DNA of 42,333 nucleotides from Chthonomonas calidirosea. GTDB taxonomy: Bacteria; Armatimonadota; Fimbriimonadia; Fimbriimonadales; Fimbriimonadaceae. The notes under the pieces were generated by a model, which did no database searches, was not told where the DNA came from, and saw only the letters and a program-made list of their open reading frames with translations. Of the stretch, positions 18,258 through 26,853 are shown in pieces. A program made the translations under genes and the position numbers. The number at the start of each line of letters is the position of its first letter. The first letter of the stretch is position 1. Location: the NCBI GenBank assembly GCA_945859975.1, contig CAMAPH010000023.1, forward strand, positions 1 through 42,333, read 5' to 3'.

Positions 18258-20381
18258 TCAGGCGACGGGCTGCTCTGCCTGACCGAAAGCCGTCGCCAGC
18301 TCTGCCAGCGGGTTCTCGCCGGAGGCTGCCCAGAGGATGCTCGTCACGCCTCGCGGGTAGTACCGCGAGCCAACGGCTTTGCCTTGCAGCATCTGGTCGC
18401 TCCATGCGAAGTAGGCATTCTCTTCATCCAACAGCCAACCCACGTGCGCGGCATCGGCTTCGGCATCTGGTGCAAGGCCAAGCACCTTCTCCGCCACGAA
18501 CTGACAGAGGTAGATCTTGCTGAGCCACGAGTTTCGGCTGGTCGAGGAAAGCTTCCAGCCCCCGTCTTCGAACTTGCAGACGCCCGGCTTGAGCACAGCA
18601 CTTAAGTGCTTCGACAAAGTCTCCTGAAGGGCAGGATCGATGGCGAGGCCAAGGACGAACGGATAGACCAACGCTTCGATCGCAGGGATGATGCGGGCTT
18701 CTACGCCTTCGCCAATGACCGCTGGCAACAAGCCGTCCGCGTCCGCGGCGGCAATGATCGTCTGTGCAGCCTTAGCGGCCTGATCCCGAGCCTCGGCGGC
18801 GGCTTCACCTTCGTCTAATCGGCGCAGAACGTCCTCTAGCAGCAGGTAAGAAGCCCAGCCTTTCACGGCCAGGTAAAGGTTGTTTCGCGCTTGGCCAAGG
18901 CTGGCATCGAGGCTATCGTAGGTTGTGATTTCGGCACCGCCTTGACAGCGGTCGGCATCGAGTCCCACAACGCCATTTCGGGCGGCGGGGTCAGGATTGT
19001 CACGATTTGCGAGGCTGCGAAGAGCAGCGAGGAAAGTTTCTCTCTGCGAAATGGACCAAGCCATATCTCGGGCGTGGGCATCGTAAAGGCCCGCGGTAAG
19101 AACCCAGTTCATGAGCTCTTCCACGCTCATGTAAGAGAAGCAGCCCTTGAGGCGAGCCTGCTCGTAGCCGGAGTAGCCAGGTCGTGAGAAGGCGTTGCCG
19201 ACGCCCATGTCGTGCGTGAAGGCGATTCCGGCGGGGTGAACGTCGTCGGAGCCCGGGAACCGTGCACCATCTTCGTACGCGTACCGCTCAACATACAGGT
19301 CGAGAACGTTGCGCACCGTCCAGGGGTTCAGAACGAGTTCGAAGAACGCCTGGTCGATCGTGAGATCGAAGGTGTTCATCATGCGGTACTCGCCTTCATT
19401 CACCACCCAAAGCGGTTGGCCATCTTCCCGCTCGAGCAACTGGGTTGATCCGAAATACGAGCGAATCGAGTGGGCAGCCATCCAGGCTCGGTCCGGTGAG
19501 AGACGACTTGCAAGCCGGGAATCGAATGCCTCGGCTTCCTGCTTGCTCACATCGAAGTTGGACAGCGTATGCCGGAGCACGCTTTCGATGTCGTCGAAGA
19601 ACCTGCGGTACAGGTACCGGGTCTTGATCCCAGTCGTTGCCGTTCCTTCGCGGAAGAATGCAATGGCAAATCGGAAAGTGTGAATTTGTCCCGCTGGTAC
19701 GGTGCCGACCAGCATGCCGAGGCGGCCAACGAGAAACTCAAGATTCTCCTCGGTGTCTGGCTCAAGAATCTTTTCTGGCTGAAAGGCGATGCCGGCGTGG
19801 ACGTTCGCATCGTCGGTCGCAATCGCGGTGAGGGTGTGCTGCGCAATACCGGTAAGGCCAGCTTCCTTGATTACACGCATTCCGGCGGCGCGGTCGGAGC
19901 CCTGGTAACCAAAGAACACTTTTCGGCTGGTCGTGCCCTCGCGGTTGTCGATCGTTAGTTCCGCGAGGATCGAAGGCGTGATCGCTGCTTTGAGGTCTTC
20001 GGCGCTGGCCGTTTCTGGATCGGGAACCGACCGCACGGGGGAGATGAGTCGGAACACCATATCTCCAACTCGCCATTCGTCGATGCCCGCGCCCATGGTT
20101 CGCTCGATTTCTGAATCCGCAAAGTGGACAACCTTGTTTGGCCGACCAAAGCCAGACAGGTGCTCGACATCGAAATCTTCTTCGTGCGATTCGCCGCCGG
20201 TGAAGAATGGAAGCGCGCGGAATCCATCGCCATCGCGATCCTGAATGCCAACAAACAGGTTCTCGTTTGCAGGTCCCGCGAGCTCTAACCCGAGTCCGCC
20301 GGTGGATCCTTTCTGGCCGAGGGTGAGCGTGGCGAAGGCACCGACAGGCGCGTGATGGGCGTTATAGAATTTGCGGTTCAT
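18258..20381 (-). CDS. Glycoside hydrolase family 52 beta-xylosidase
   Basis: FYNAHHAPVGAFATLTLG, WVVNEGEYRMMNTFDLTID, FTHDMGV, EITTYDSLDASLGQARNNLY, SWLSKIYL and GSRYYPRGVT, all GH52 motifs. Likely start ATG 20381. Confidence 0.92.
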   Translation of the reverse strand: MNRKFYNAHHAPVGAFATLTLGQKGSTGGLGLELAGPANENLFVGIQDRDGDGFRALPFFTGGESHEEDFDVEHLSGFGRPNKVVHFADSEIERTMGAGIDEWRVGDMVFRLISPVRSVPDPETASAEDLKAAITPSILAELTIDNREGTTSRKVFFGYQGSDRAAGMRVIKEAGLTGIAQHTLTAIATDDANVHAGIAFQPEKILEPDTEENLEFLVGRLGMLVGTVPAGQIHTFRFAIAFFREGTATTGIKTRYLYRRFFDDIESVLRHTLSNFDVSKQEAEAFDSRLASRLSPDRAWMAAHSIRSYFGSTQLLEREDGQPLWVVNEGEYRMMNTFDLTIDQAFFELVLNPWTVRNVLDLYVERYAYEDGARFPGSDDVHPAGIAFTHDMGVGNAFSRPGYSGYEQARLKGCFSYMSVEELMNWVLTAGLYDAHARDMAWSISQRETFLAALRSLANRDNPDPAARNGVVGLDADRCQGGAEITTYDSLDASLGQARNNLYLAVKGWASYLLLEDVLRRLDEGEAAAEARDQAAKAAQTIIAAADADGLLPAVIGEGVEARIIPAIEALVYPFVLGLAIDPALQETLSKHLSAVLKPGVCKFEDGGWKLSSTSRNSWLSKIYLCQFVAEKVLGLAPDAEADAAHVGWLLDEENAYFAWSDQMLQGKAVGSRYYPRGVTSILWAASGENPLAELATAFGQAEQPVA

Positions 20382-20520
20382 CTTGGTGTCTGCTCCACCT
20401 GGAGCCAACCGTCGAAGCCATAACCCGTGTTTGGGCTAGTGATTAGCTCGACGAATCCGCCCCTCAGCGTACCTTGGCACACCTTTATCCGCGACTCAGA
20501 TTCGAGTTCTGAATCGGACC

Positions 20521-21552
20521 CTAGTGTGAGCGAGCAGACGACGTTGAATCGCGAATATCAAGTCCGCAATCGTACAAAGTCGACGTTGCCGGTGAGCTTG
20601 GGCTTCCTTCCTCGACGGCACGGATGAGCGAGATCAGGTGCATCGTGGCTTCGAACGCCATGCGCTCGACGGGCTGAGCGACCGAAGTAAGTCGCGGCCG
20701 CGAGGTCTCACAAACCGGCGATGAGTCGAATCCGACGATCGAGACGTGCTCGGGAACTTTAACTCCGTACCGAGCGCAAGAATCGAGCACAAAGCAGGCG
20801 AGTTCATCGCTAAAGCAGATCAGCGCGGTGTGGGGCGCAGAAGGTTCCGCGTACCGCTGAAGGATGCTGTGGTCTTGTGCGAGGATGATCACGTCAGGAT
20901 CGTGAAGACCCGCCCTTCGGGTCGCCAATAGCAGCGCTTCGGCTCTCGCTTGGCCTTCCACGCTGTGTTCGCTCACGGGGTCAATGACGAACGCGAGCCG
21001 CTCATGACCCAAAGATACGAGGTGCGAGACGACGCGGCGCATCGCTCCGTCATTATCAGCGCAAAAAGTGGGCAGTCCAAGGACGGTTCCGGGCGGTGCG
21101 TGCATCATGACGATCGGAACGGCGGCCTCTTGCAGGGCGAGCGTGCTCGTCTCGGTGAGATCTGGCCGGCACCAGAGCACGCCGTCAAACCGTCCGTCGG
21201 AAACAAACCCGGGATCGCCATCTCGCATCAGCTTTGGGCAAAGCGACAGCGTGTAATCGTTTGGAAAGAGCGCCTCCATGACGCCGTTCATCACCTCCGC
21301 CCGGTACGGGCTCTGGGGGATGAATCGGCCGAAGTTCTGAAAGACCACCGCGACCTGACCCGTCTTTCGGTTTCGGAACGATCTGGCCAAATGGCTCGGC
21401 TGGTAGCGCAGATCCCGCGCGGCTTGGCGGATTCGCTCCGCTTTCTCGGCCGTCACCGTGACCTTGTTTCCGCCCCCTCCGTTCAGAACCGCGCTTACCG
21501 CCATGGCAGAAACTCCGGCTCTCTCGGCAACGTCGCGAATCGTAACTCTCAT
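20521..21552 (-). CDS. LacI-family transcriptional regulator
   Basis: VTIRDVAERAGVSAMAVSAVLN HTH, Y.PS.LARS hinge, HLVSLGHERLA, VPEHVSIVGFD and LTSV.QP. Confidence 0.95.
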   Translation of the reverse strand: MRVTIRDVAERAGVSAMAVSAVLNGGGGNKVTVTAEKAERIRQAARDLRYQPSHLARSFRNRKTGQVAVVFQNFGRFIPQSPYRAEVMNGVMEALFPNDYTLSLCPKLMRDGDPGFVSDGRFDGVLWCRPDLTETSTLALQEAAVPIVMMHAPPGTVLGLPTFCADNDGAMRRVVSHLVSLGHERLAFVIDPVSEHSVEGQARAEALLLATRRAGLHDPDVIILAQDHSILQRYAEPSAPHTALICFSDELACFVLDSCARYGVKVPEHVSIVGFDSSPVCETSRPRLTSVAQPVERMAFEATMHLISLIRAVEEGSPSSPATSTLYDCGLDIRDSTSSARSH

Positions 21553-21694
21553 GTTGATTTACGGATATATAGCCCGCTATCAAACTATATAACGATTCTC
21601 CGTGGCCAGACAGCACGATCCGTTCCAAATCAGACAGGCCACTCGAGTCTCAGCACAGAAATCGGTCTTGCGAGCCAGATCTGAGCCGAGTCAG

Positions 21695-21747
21695 TTGACT
21701 TTTCCGCAGAGTTAGCTTAATTTACAGGTAAATAAGAAACCGGCTCC
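21695..21747 (+). promoter_or_regulatory. Putative sigma70 promoter and LacI-type operator for the GH51 gene
   Basis: TTGACT (21695-21700), 17 nt, then TAATTT (21718-21723). The imperfect CG-centred palindrome GAAACCGGCTCC follows at 21736-21747. Confidence 0.45.
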
Positions 21748-21772
21748 AGGGCTTCCGTTGACTCCAGAAACC

Positions 21773-23674
21773 ATGTTATTCCTCCTCCTCATTCAAGAAC
21801 CGGCTCGATTGAGCCTAGACCTGCGAGCTCCCGGAGTCGCGGTGAGCCCATATCTCTATGGCCACATGACCGAAGAGATCAACTACTCCTACGACGGAGG
21901 GCTATACGCAGAGCTCATTCGAAACCGGGCGTTTCTGGATGATCGCAATAAGCCCGCGCATTGGAGCCCGGTGGAGGCAGGATCGACGGTTACGCTTGAG
22001 CGAGCAGGCATGAGCGCCGCTCGACCGGTGGCGCTGAAGGTGACTAGCGGAACCATGAACGACGGTTACTGGGGCATCCCCATTCGGCCCGCAACAACTT
22101 ACAGCCTCAGCGTTTGGGCAAAAGCGGAGACATCTGGCCCGCTGCGAGCGAGCCTGGAATCGGTTGACGGGAAAACCATTTTCGCCGAAGCCGTCATCAA
22201 CGGCGTTGGCGCGGATTGGAAGAACCACACCGTCAAACTCAAGACGGCAAAGGGACTGAAGCCAACGAAGGACGCCCGATTTGCGCTGCGCTCTGGCCCG
22301 GGCAAGACCTTCATGCTTTCGCAGGTTTCGCTCTTCCCGCCGACCTACCGAAATCGGCCGAACGGCAATCGCCCTGACCTGATGAAGTTGCTGAGCGATA
22401 TGAAGCCAAAGTTCCTCCGCTTCCCGGGCGGCAACTATTTGGAAGGCAACACGCCCGCGGACCGATTCCCGTGGAAGGAGACTCTCGGCCCAATCGAAAC
22501 CCGGCCAGGACACCGCGGAACCTGGGGATACCGATCGAGCGACGGAATGGGACTGCTTGAGTTCCTGCTTTGGTGCGAAGAAACCAATGCGAAGCCCCTG
22601 CTCGGCGTTTACGCGGGCTACGCGCTCAACGGCGAATACACAAAGGCCGGCCCAGAACTTGAGCCGTTCGTTCAGGAAGCACTGGACGAGATCGAGTACA
22701 TCGTTGGCGGACCCGAGACCAAGTGGGGCGCACGGCGAATTGCGGATGGCCATCCAAAGCCGTTCGACCTCGAATGGGTTGAAGTCGGAAACGAAGACGG
22801 CTTTGACAAATCGGGTTCGTACGAAAGCCGATTCGTCCAGTTTTACGACGCCATCAAGAAGAAGTATCCGAAGATGCAGGTGATCTCCAGCACCGGCGGA
22901 AAGGACTTCCTCGGCGCTAAGTTCCCGATCACCCAGCGTCGGCCAGACCTATGGGATGAGCACTACTATTCCGAGTCTTGGGACATGATGGGCATGGCTA
23001 CCAAGTACGACACTTACGACCGAAAGGGACCGAAGGTGTTCGTCGGCGAATGGGCGGCCCACGACACCGTGGCCCCATGGCAAGCCGGACCAAACGCCGG
23101 CCCGACGCCAAACATGAAGTGCACGATCGCGGACGCCGCGTTCATGACCGGCATGGAGCGCAATTCCGACATCGTCGAGATGGCCTGCTACGCGCCGCTG
23201 CTCGTCAACGTGAACCCCGGCGGTCGACAGTGGTCGCTCAACCTCATTGGCTACGACGCCCTTGAGAGCTTCGGCTCGCCTTCGTACTACGCGCAAACTT
23301 TGTTCGCGCAGAACCTTGGCAACCGCACGGTGGAGCTCAAGCTCTCGGGAGTTCCGACTCAGCGAAAAGGCACCCAGACCCTCCCCGGCATCTTCGCCTC
23401 CGCCACCCGAGACACGAAGTCCGGCGCGCTGTACCTGAAGGTCGTCAACGCTTTGCCTGGGTCGCAGTCCATCGACATCGACCTCCAAGGCGCAAACCTT
23501 CAGCCAGATGGGACTTGGACATACCTGACCGGCTACCTGAAGGACATGAACTCGATCGCCGAACCGTTCAAGGTCGCTCCGATCACGCGGAAGTTGACCG
23601 GGCTCGGATCGAAGTTCCAGCAGCGAGTGCCGGGTTACTCGGTGAACGTGTTCAAGCTTCAGACGAAGCGCTGA
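21773..23674 (+). CDS. Glycoside hydrolase family 51 alpha-L-arabinofuranosidase
   Basis: EEINYSYDGGLYAELIRNR, FLRFPGGNYLEG, VEVGNED, DEHYY, VFVGEWA and MERNSDIVEMACYAPLL. Short hydrophobic N-terminus from ATG 21773. Confidence 0.92.
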   Translation: MLFLLLIQEPARLSLDLRAPGVAVSPYLYGHMTEEINYSYDGGLYAELIRNRAFLDDRNKPAHWSPVEAGSTVTLERAGMSAARPVALKVTSGTMNDGYWGIPIRPATTYSLSVWAKAETSGPLRASLESVDGKTIFAEAVINGVGADWKNHTVKLKTAKGLKPTKDARFALRSGPGKTFMLSQVSLFPPTYRNRPNGNRPDLMKLLSDMKPKFLRFPGGNYLEGNTPADRFPWKETLGPIETRPGHRGTWGYRSSDGMGLLEFLLWCEETNAKPLLGVYAGYALNGEYTKAGPELEPFVQEALDEIEYIVGGPETKWGARRIADGHPKPFDLEWVEVGNEDGFDKSGSYESRFVQFYDAIKKKYPKMQVISSTGGKDFLGAKFPITQRRPDLWDEHYYSESWDMMGMATKYDTYDRKGPKVFVGEWAAHDTVAPWQAGPNAGPTPNMKCTIADAAFMTGMERNSDIVEMACYAPLLVNVNPGGRQWSLNLIGYDALESFGSPSYYAQTLFAQNLGNRTVELKLSGVPTQRKGTQTLPGIFASATRDTKSGALYLKVVNALPGSQSIDIDLQGANLQPDGTWTYLTGYLKDMNSIAEPFKVAPITRKLTGLGSKFQQRVPGYSVNVFKLQTKR

Positions 23675-23687
23675 GGTTAGGAGAGAG

Positions 23688-23724
23688 AAAAGGGGACCGC
23701 CGCGCTTGCGGCCGTCCCCTTTTT
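23688..23724. terminator. Bidirectional Rho-independent terminator
   Basis: AAAAGGGGAC-C-GCCGC-GCTT-GCGGC-C-GTCCCCTTTTT, located between the convergent GH51 gene and tRNA-Gln. Confidence 0.85.
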
Positions 23725-23759
23725 CATTAACTTCATGCCACCGGAGTGGAAGTTTGTTG

Positions 23760-23833
23760 TGGCTGCCGGACTAGGATTCGAACCTAGACATACGGCACCA
23801 AAAACCGTTGTCCTGCCATTAGACGATCCGGCA
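23760..23833 (-). tRNA. tRNA-Gln (anticodon TTG)
   Basis: Reverse complement TGCCGGATCGTCTAATGGCAGGACAACGGTTTTTGGTGCCGTATGTCTAGGTTCGAATCCTAGTCCGGCAGCCA folds into a cloverleaf with anticodon loop TTTTGGT and encoded CCA. A perfect TATAAT lies upstream (23847-23852). Confidence 0.96.
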
Positions 23834-23858
23834 CCGTCCGCTGGTGATTATACCGACG

Positions 23859-25211
23859 TCAGCGGGTGAAGGTCGTGAGGGTGCAGATGAAGATGAAGCT
23901 GAAGAATATTGGCCAGTAGAGGTAGTTCGGGATGGCGTTTTCTCGGTATTCCACGATCCAGATGTCGTCCCTCACGCCAAGGAGGATGCTGTTGAGGGAA
24001 ACGAAGGCGGTGAGGATGTACAGGACGAAGTAGAAAAAGTCCAGGTAGATCAGGCTCTCCGGCGCGAGGGTGGAGCGGACGGTGGCGTGGTCAATGACGA
24101 TGACGAAGAACAGCGCCGCACAGTAGCTGAGGACGGTGAAGATGTTGAAGCCGACGATTTCGCCCTTTTTTGCCTCCTGACGGCGAGTCAGATACAGCGC
24201 GGCATAGAGCAGGAGGGCCACGATGATTACGGGCACGATTCGGGTGATGAGGGGACCGGTGACGTCTCGTTTCAGCCCGACGTTGAAATACAGCTCGGGG
24301 TGCGGCGGCGATTCGGCGTACTTGCCCATTCCGAACGAGGATGAGTACTTGAAGGTTTGGTAGCTGAACCCGGTGTACAGGGTGGTCCAGCCTTCTCGGA
24401 CGAATTCTTGGTCAAGGCCGGGCAAGGTCGCCGGGTCAAACGGCTGGGTGTACGATTCCCAATCAGGGACCAAGAGGGCGCCCTTATCGAAGTCTCGGTG
24501 CCAAATCCTCAACCAAACGTTTTGCCGATCGATGGGGAACTTCTTGTATGTGTACCGTTGCCGCAAGGTGCTGGTGAAGAACCACACGTGAAGCTCATAA
24601 TCTCTCTTCTTGACCCGGGACACTTGCCGTAAGGTCAAGTTTTCTTCGTGAAAGGCATCTTTCGCCTCAGGGAGTACAAATCCGCGCGCGAGATCTTTTG
24701 GCGTACCGTTTGGATACTTCTGCCACACGTACCCGGTGACGTCGACCTCAGTTCCGCTGGCAAAGTGGATGGATTGAATAAAGACGCCGGTCGGGATAAC
24801 GGTCGGCAGAGCTTTAGTTGCGAGGAAGTGCTTCTGCAAATACTCCTGCTGGCTCTTCTCGTTGGTGACGGGGACGCCGAATCCGAAGGAATCAATCGGA
24901 CGGCTGTGCTCGGTCTCCCAAATGCAGAACGTGCCAGCGGCACAAGTGAGCGAAACGATCCAGCTCAACTTTTTCAACTGCTTGAATCTGGCTCCCCGGA
25001 TCGCAATCAAGGTTGCGGAAAGCAGAACGATGAAGAGCCCAACCCAGCCGATCAATCCGACAAAGTCTTGATTGAGCTTGCCCGAAGAGAGGTTGGCCCA
25101 TACGGAGGTGCTCGAAGAGAACCGGCTAAAGCCCACGATGCTCAAGATCAGGGCGAAACAAAGGCTACTTACCAGCAGAATCTTTCGTCGATTTTCCGGA
25201 GACTTGGTCAA
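23859..25211 (-). CDS. Prokaryotic pentameric ligand-gated ion channel (pLGIC/Pro-loop) homolog with three extra N-terminal TM helices
   Basis: Beta-rich ectodomain (PTGVFIQSI, VTGYVWQKY), Pro-loop motif YKKFPIDRQ, pre-M1 YFNVGLKR, M1 with conserved Pro (IVPVII), and then about three further hydrophobic helices. Confidence 0.7.
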   Translation of the reverse strand: MTKSPENRRKILLVSSLCFALILSIVGFSRFSSSTSVWANLSSGKLNQDFVGLIGWVGLFIVLLSATLIAIRGARFKQLKKLSWIVSLTCAAGTFCIWETEHSRPIDSFGFGVPVTNEKSQQEYLQKHFLATKALPTVIPTGVFIQSIHFASGTEVDVTGYVWQKYPNGTPKDLARGFVLPEAKDAFHEENLTLRQVSRVKKRDYELHVWFFTSTLRQRYTYKKFPIDRQNVWLRIWHRDFDKGALLVPDWESYTQPFDPATLPGLDQEFVREGWTTLYTGFSYQTFKYSSSFGMGKYAESPPHPELYFNVGLKRDVTGPLITRIVPVIIVALLLYAALYLTRRQEAKKGEIVGFNIFTVLSYCAALFFVIVIDHATVRSTLAPESLIYLDFFYFVLYILTAFVSLNSILLGVRDDIWIVEYRENAIPNYLYWPIFFSFIFICTLTTFTR

Positions 25212-25216
25212 GTTGA

Positions 25217-26080
25217 TTACTCATACGGCAGCACACGCCGGGTCCACTCAATGGTAGTGACGAGCTTGCTCTTCTTGCCCATCGGCAACCGAGCGAGGCC
25301 AACGGGTTCGCAAAGGACATATTCTTCGCCTTCAAACTGAATTGAGTCTTGCCCCGAAACTGCCTGGGCTCGGATGCCCACTAGCTGGTGCCCGGGAACT
25401 GCAACCATCACCATTTTGGCGTTTGGATAGAAGGACATCAAGGTCCCGAACAGTGTGGCTTTCGAGTCGCAGTCGCCCCAGCCCTGGCTGAGAACGCCAG
25501 CAGGAGGGAGCAAACCGCCGTTGAGCTTTCCGTCTATTTCGCTCGGCGGAATGCCGTAAGGGAGATCCTGACAAAAGTTGAGGACGAAGTTCACTCGATC
25601 GGTTAAATTCGCGTCTGGCTGTTGCTTGTCAAAAAGCTGTGCAACCGTCTCAACGACCGGTCGGCTCGTTCGGATCAACTCCCGATAGTTCGGCCGCAAA
25701 TGCGCCCCATCCTGACGGAAGCAACCCGCAAGGAGCTGCTTTTGCCGGTCGGCCACGACATCAGGCGTGGGCGAGTACGGGTTCAGCATGCTCTTGGGAA
25801 TGCCATAAGAACTCACGAGTCCGTCAACTTGCGCCTTCGAATGGCTCCAAGACCACTTCATGCTCGCCGTCTTCAAACCCTTGAAGGCATAGTTGACCGA
25901 GTACGTGGAAGTAGATCCCGCGACCTCGTACCTAGAGTTTGGCGACGCCATATACGATTTTGGTGTGATCTGGGCGCGAGGGTGTCTTAGCGCATCGCCG
26001 TACGCCTCTACAACTTGACCGTTGAGCCACATCACGCTTCCTACGGACAGCGTGAGCGTCCCGAACGCGCGAAGGATCAT
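25217..26080 (-). CDS. Exported transglutaminase-like (Cys-His-acid) protein
   Basis: LNFCQDLPY, P..VL..GWGDCDSKATLF (catalytic Cys), VPGHQLVGI (His) and YVLCEPVG. Hydrophobic N-terminus. ATG overlaps the DUF350 stop (ATGA). Confidence 0.72.
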   Translation of the reverse strand: MILRAFGTLTLSVGSVMWLNGQVVEAYGDALRHPRAQITPKSYMASPNSRYEVAGSTSTYSVNYAFKGLKTASMKWSWSHSKAQVDGLVSSYGIPKSMLNPYSPTPDVVADRQKQLLAGCFRQDGAHLRPNYRELIRTSRPVVETVAQLFDKQQPDANLTDRVNFVLNFCQDLPYGIPPSEIDGKLNGGLLPPAGVLSQGWGDCDSKATLFGTLMSFYPNAKMVMVAVPGHQLVGIRAQAVSGQDSIQFEGEEYVLCEPVGLARLPMGKKSKLVTTIEWTRRVLPYE

Positions 26081-26682
26081 TCCACCGACTCCGGCGCTAC
26101 CGGCGATACCGTCGTGGTCGATTCTGGGGCCGTGTGTCCGGCATCTTGTCCGATCTTGTTCAACATGTCGTAGCTCACAAGGCCATCAAGCAAGGTTGCC
26201 AGCGCGGGCCGCGCGATGATCGTTGTGGCAAGAATGCTGAGTCCGACGAACAGAGCGGTCGCCAGGTTTCCCGCTTTGATCTCCGCGAGTTCATCCAGCT
26301 TTTTTGTGCACAAAGTGATGACATGGATCGTGGCGGCGAGGAGAATGAACCCAATCACGGCAGAAACGGTAAACAGTGCCAGGCTGTATCCTGCAGCAAT
26401 CAAGAGCATGCGCGGTTCCAGCACGTCTTGCACCTGAACCATCGTTCGTAGAGCGTCTACGGAAGGGTTTACGCTCTCTGCAGTGAGCCAGAGGAGGCAG
26501 AACGCATAGATACCGCTATACAAGGTGACGGCGTGGTTCTTTGACTCAATTGCGTCTTGGATGCATATCCCGAGCATCTTTTCGGTGCGTCTATAGATGA
26601 TCAAAATTGCGAGAAGTCCGAAAGCGAGCGTGGAGACCAACTCGAAAAGGCCAAACACGACGAGGTGATAGTTCAGTTGCAT
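26077..26682 (-). CDS. DUF350-family membrane protein (two repeats)
   Basis: Four TM segments with two DUF350-like signatures (IQDAIESKNHAVTL and LDELAEIKAGNLATAL). Likely start ATG 26682. Confidence 0.7.
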   Translation of the reverse strand: MQLNYHLVVFGLFELVSTLAFGLLAILIIYRRTEKMLGICIQDAIESKNHAVTLYSGIYAFCLLWLTAESVNPSVDALRTMVQVQDVLEPRMLLIAAGYSLALFTVSAVIGFILLAATIHVITLCTKKLDELAEIKAGNLATALFVGLSILATTIIARPALATLLDGLVSYDMLNKIGQDAGHTAPESTTTVSPVAPESVE

Positions 26683-26853
26683 ATAGGCCCTGCGGCGCGC
26701 GGCGGCAGACACTTCAAGAATTCCTGAAAATGAATACGTTCCAATCTTAGACCAAGGGAGTTTAAGCGGACGTGGCAAAATTGGCAACTGGTTGCGGGAA
26801 AGTTGACAATCGGACATAAGGCTGCTCGATAGGACGGTGCCAAAATACGATCC

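Noticed and set aside
23844..24344. Very acidic 166-aa plus-strand ORF
   Set aside because: It is the antisense reading of the hydrophobic TM codons of the channel gene.
23760..25211. tRNA-Gln as a functional member of the channel operon
   Set aside because: It has its own perfect TATAAT at 23847-23852, so its position 25 nt downstream does not imply a functional link.
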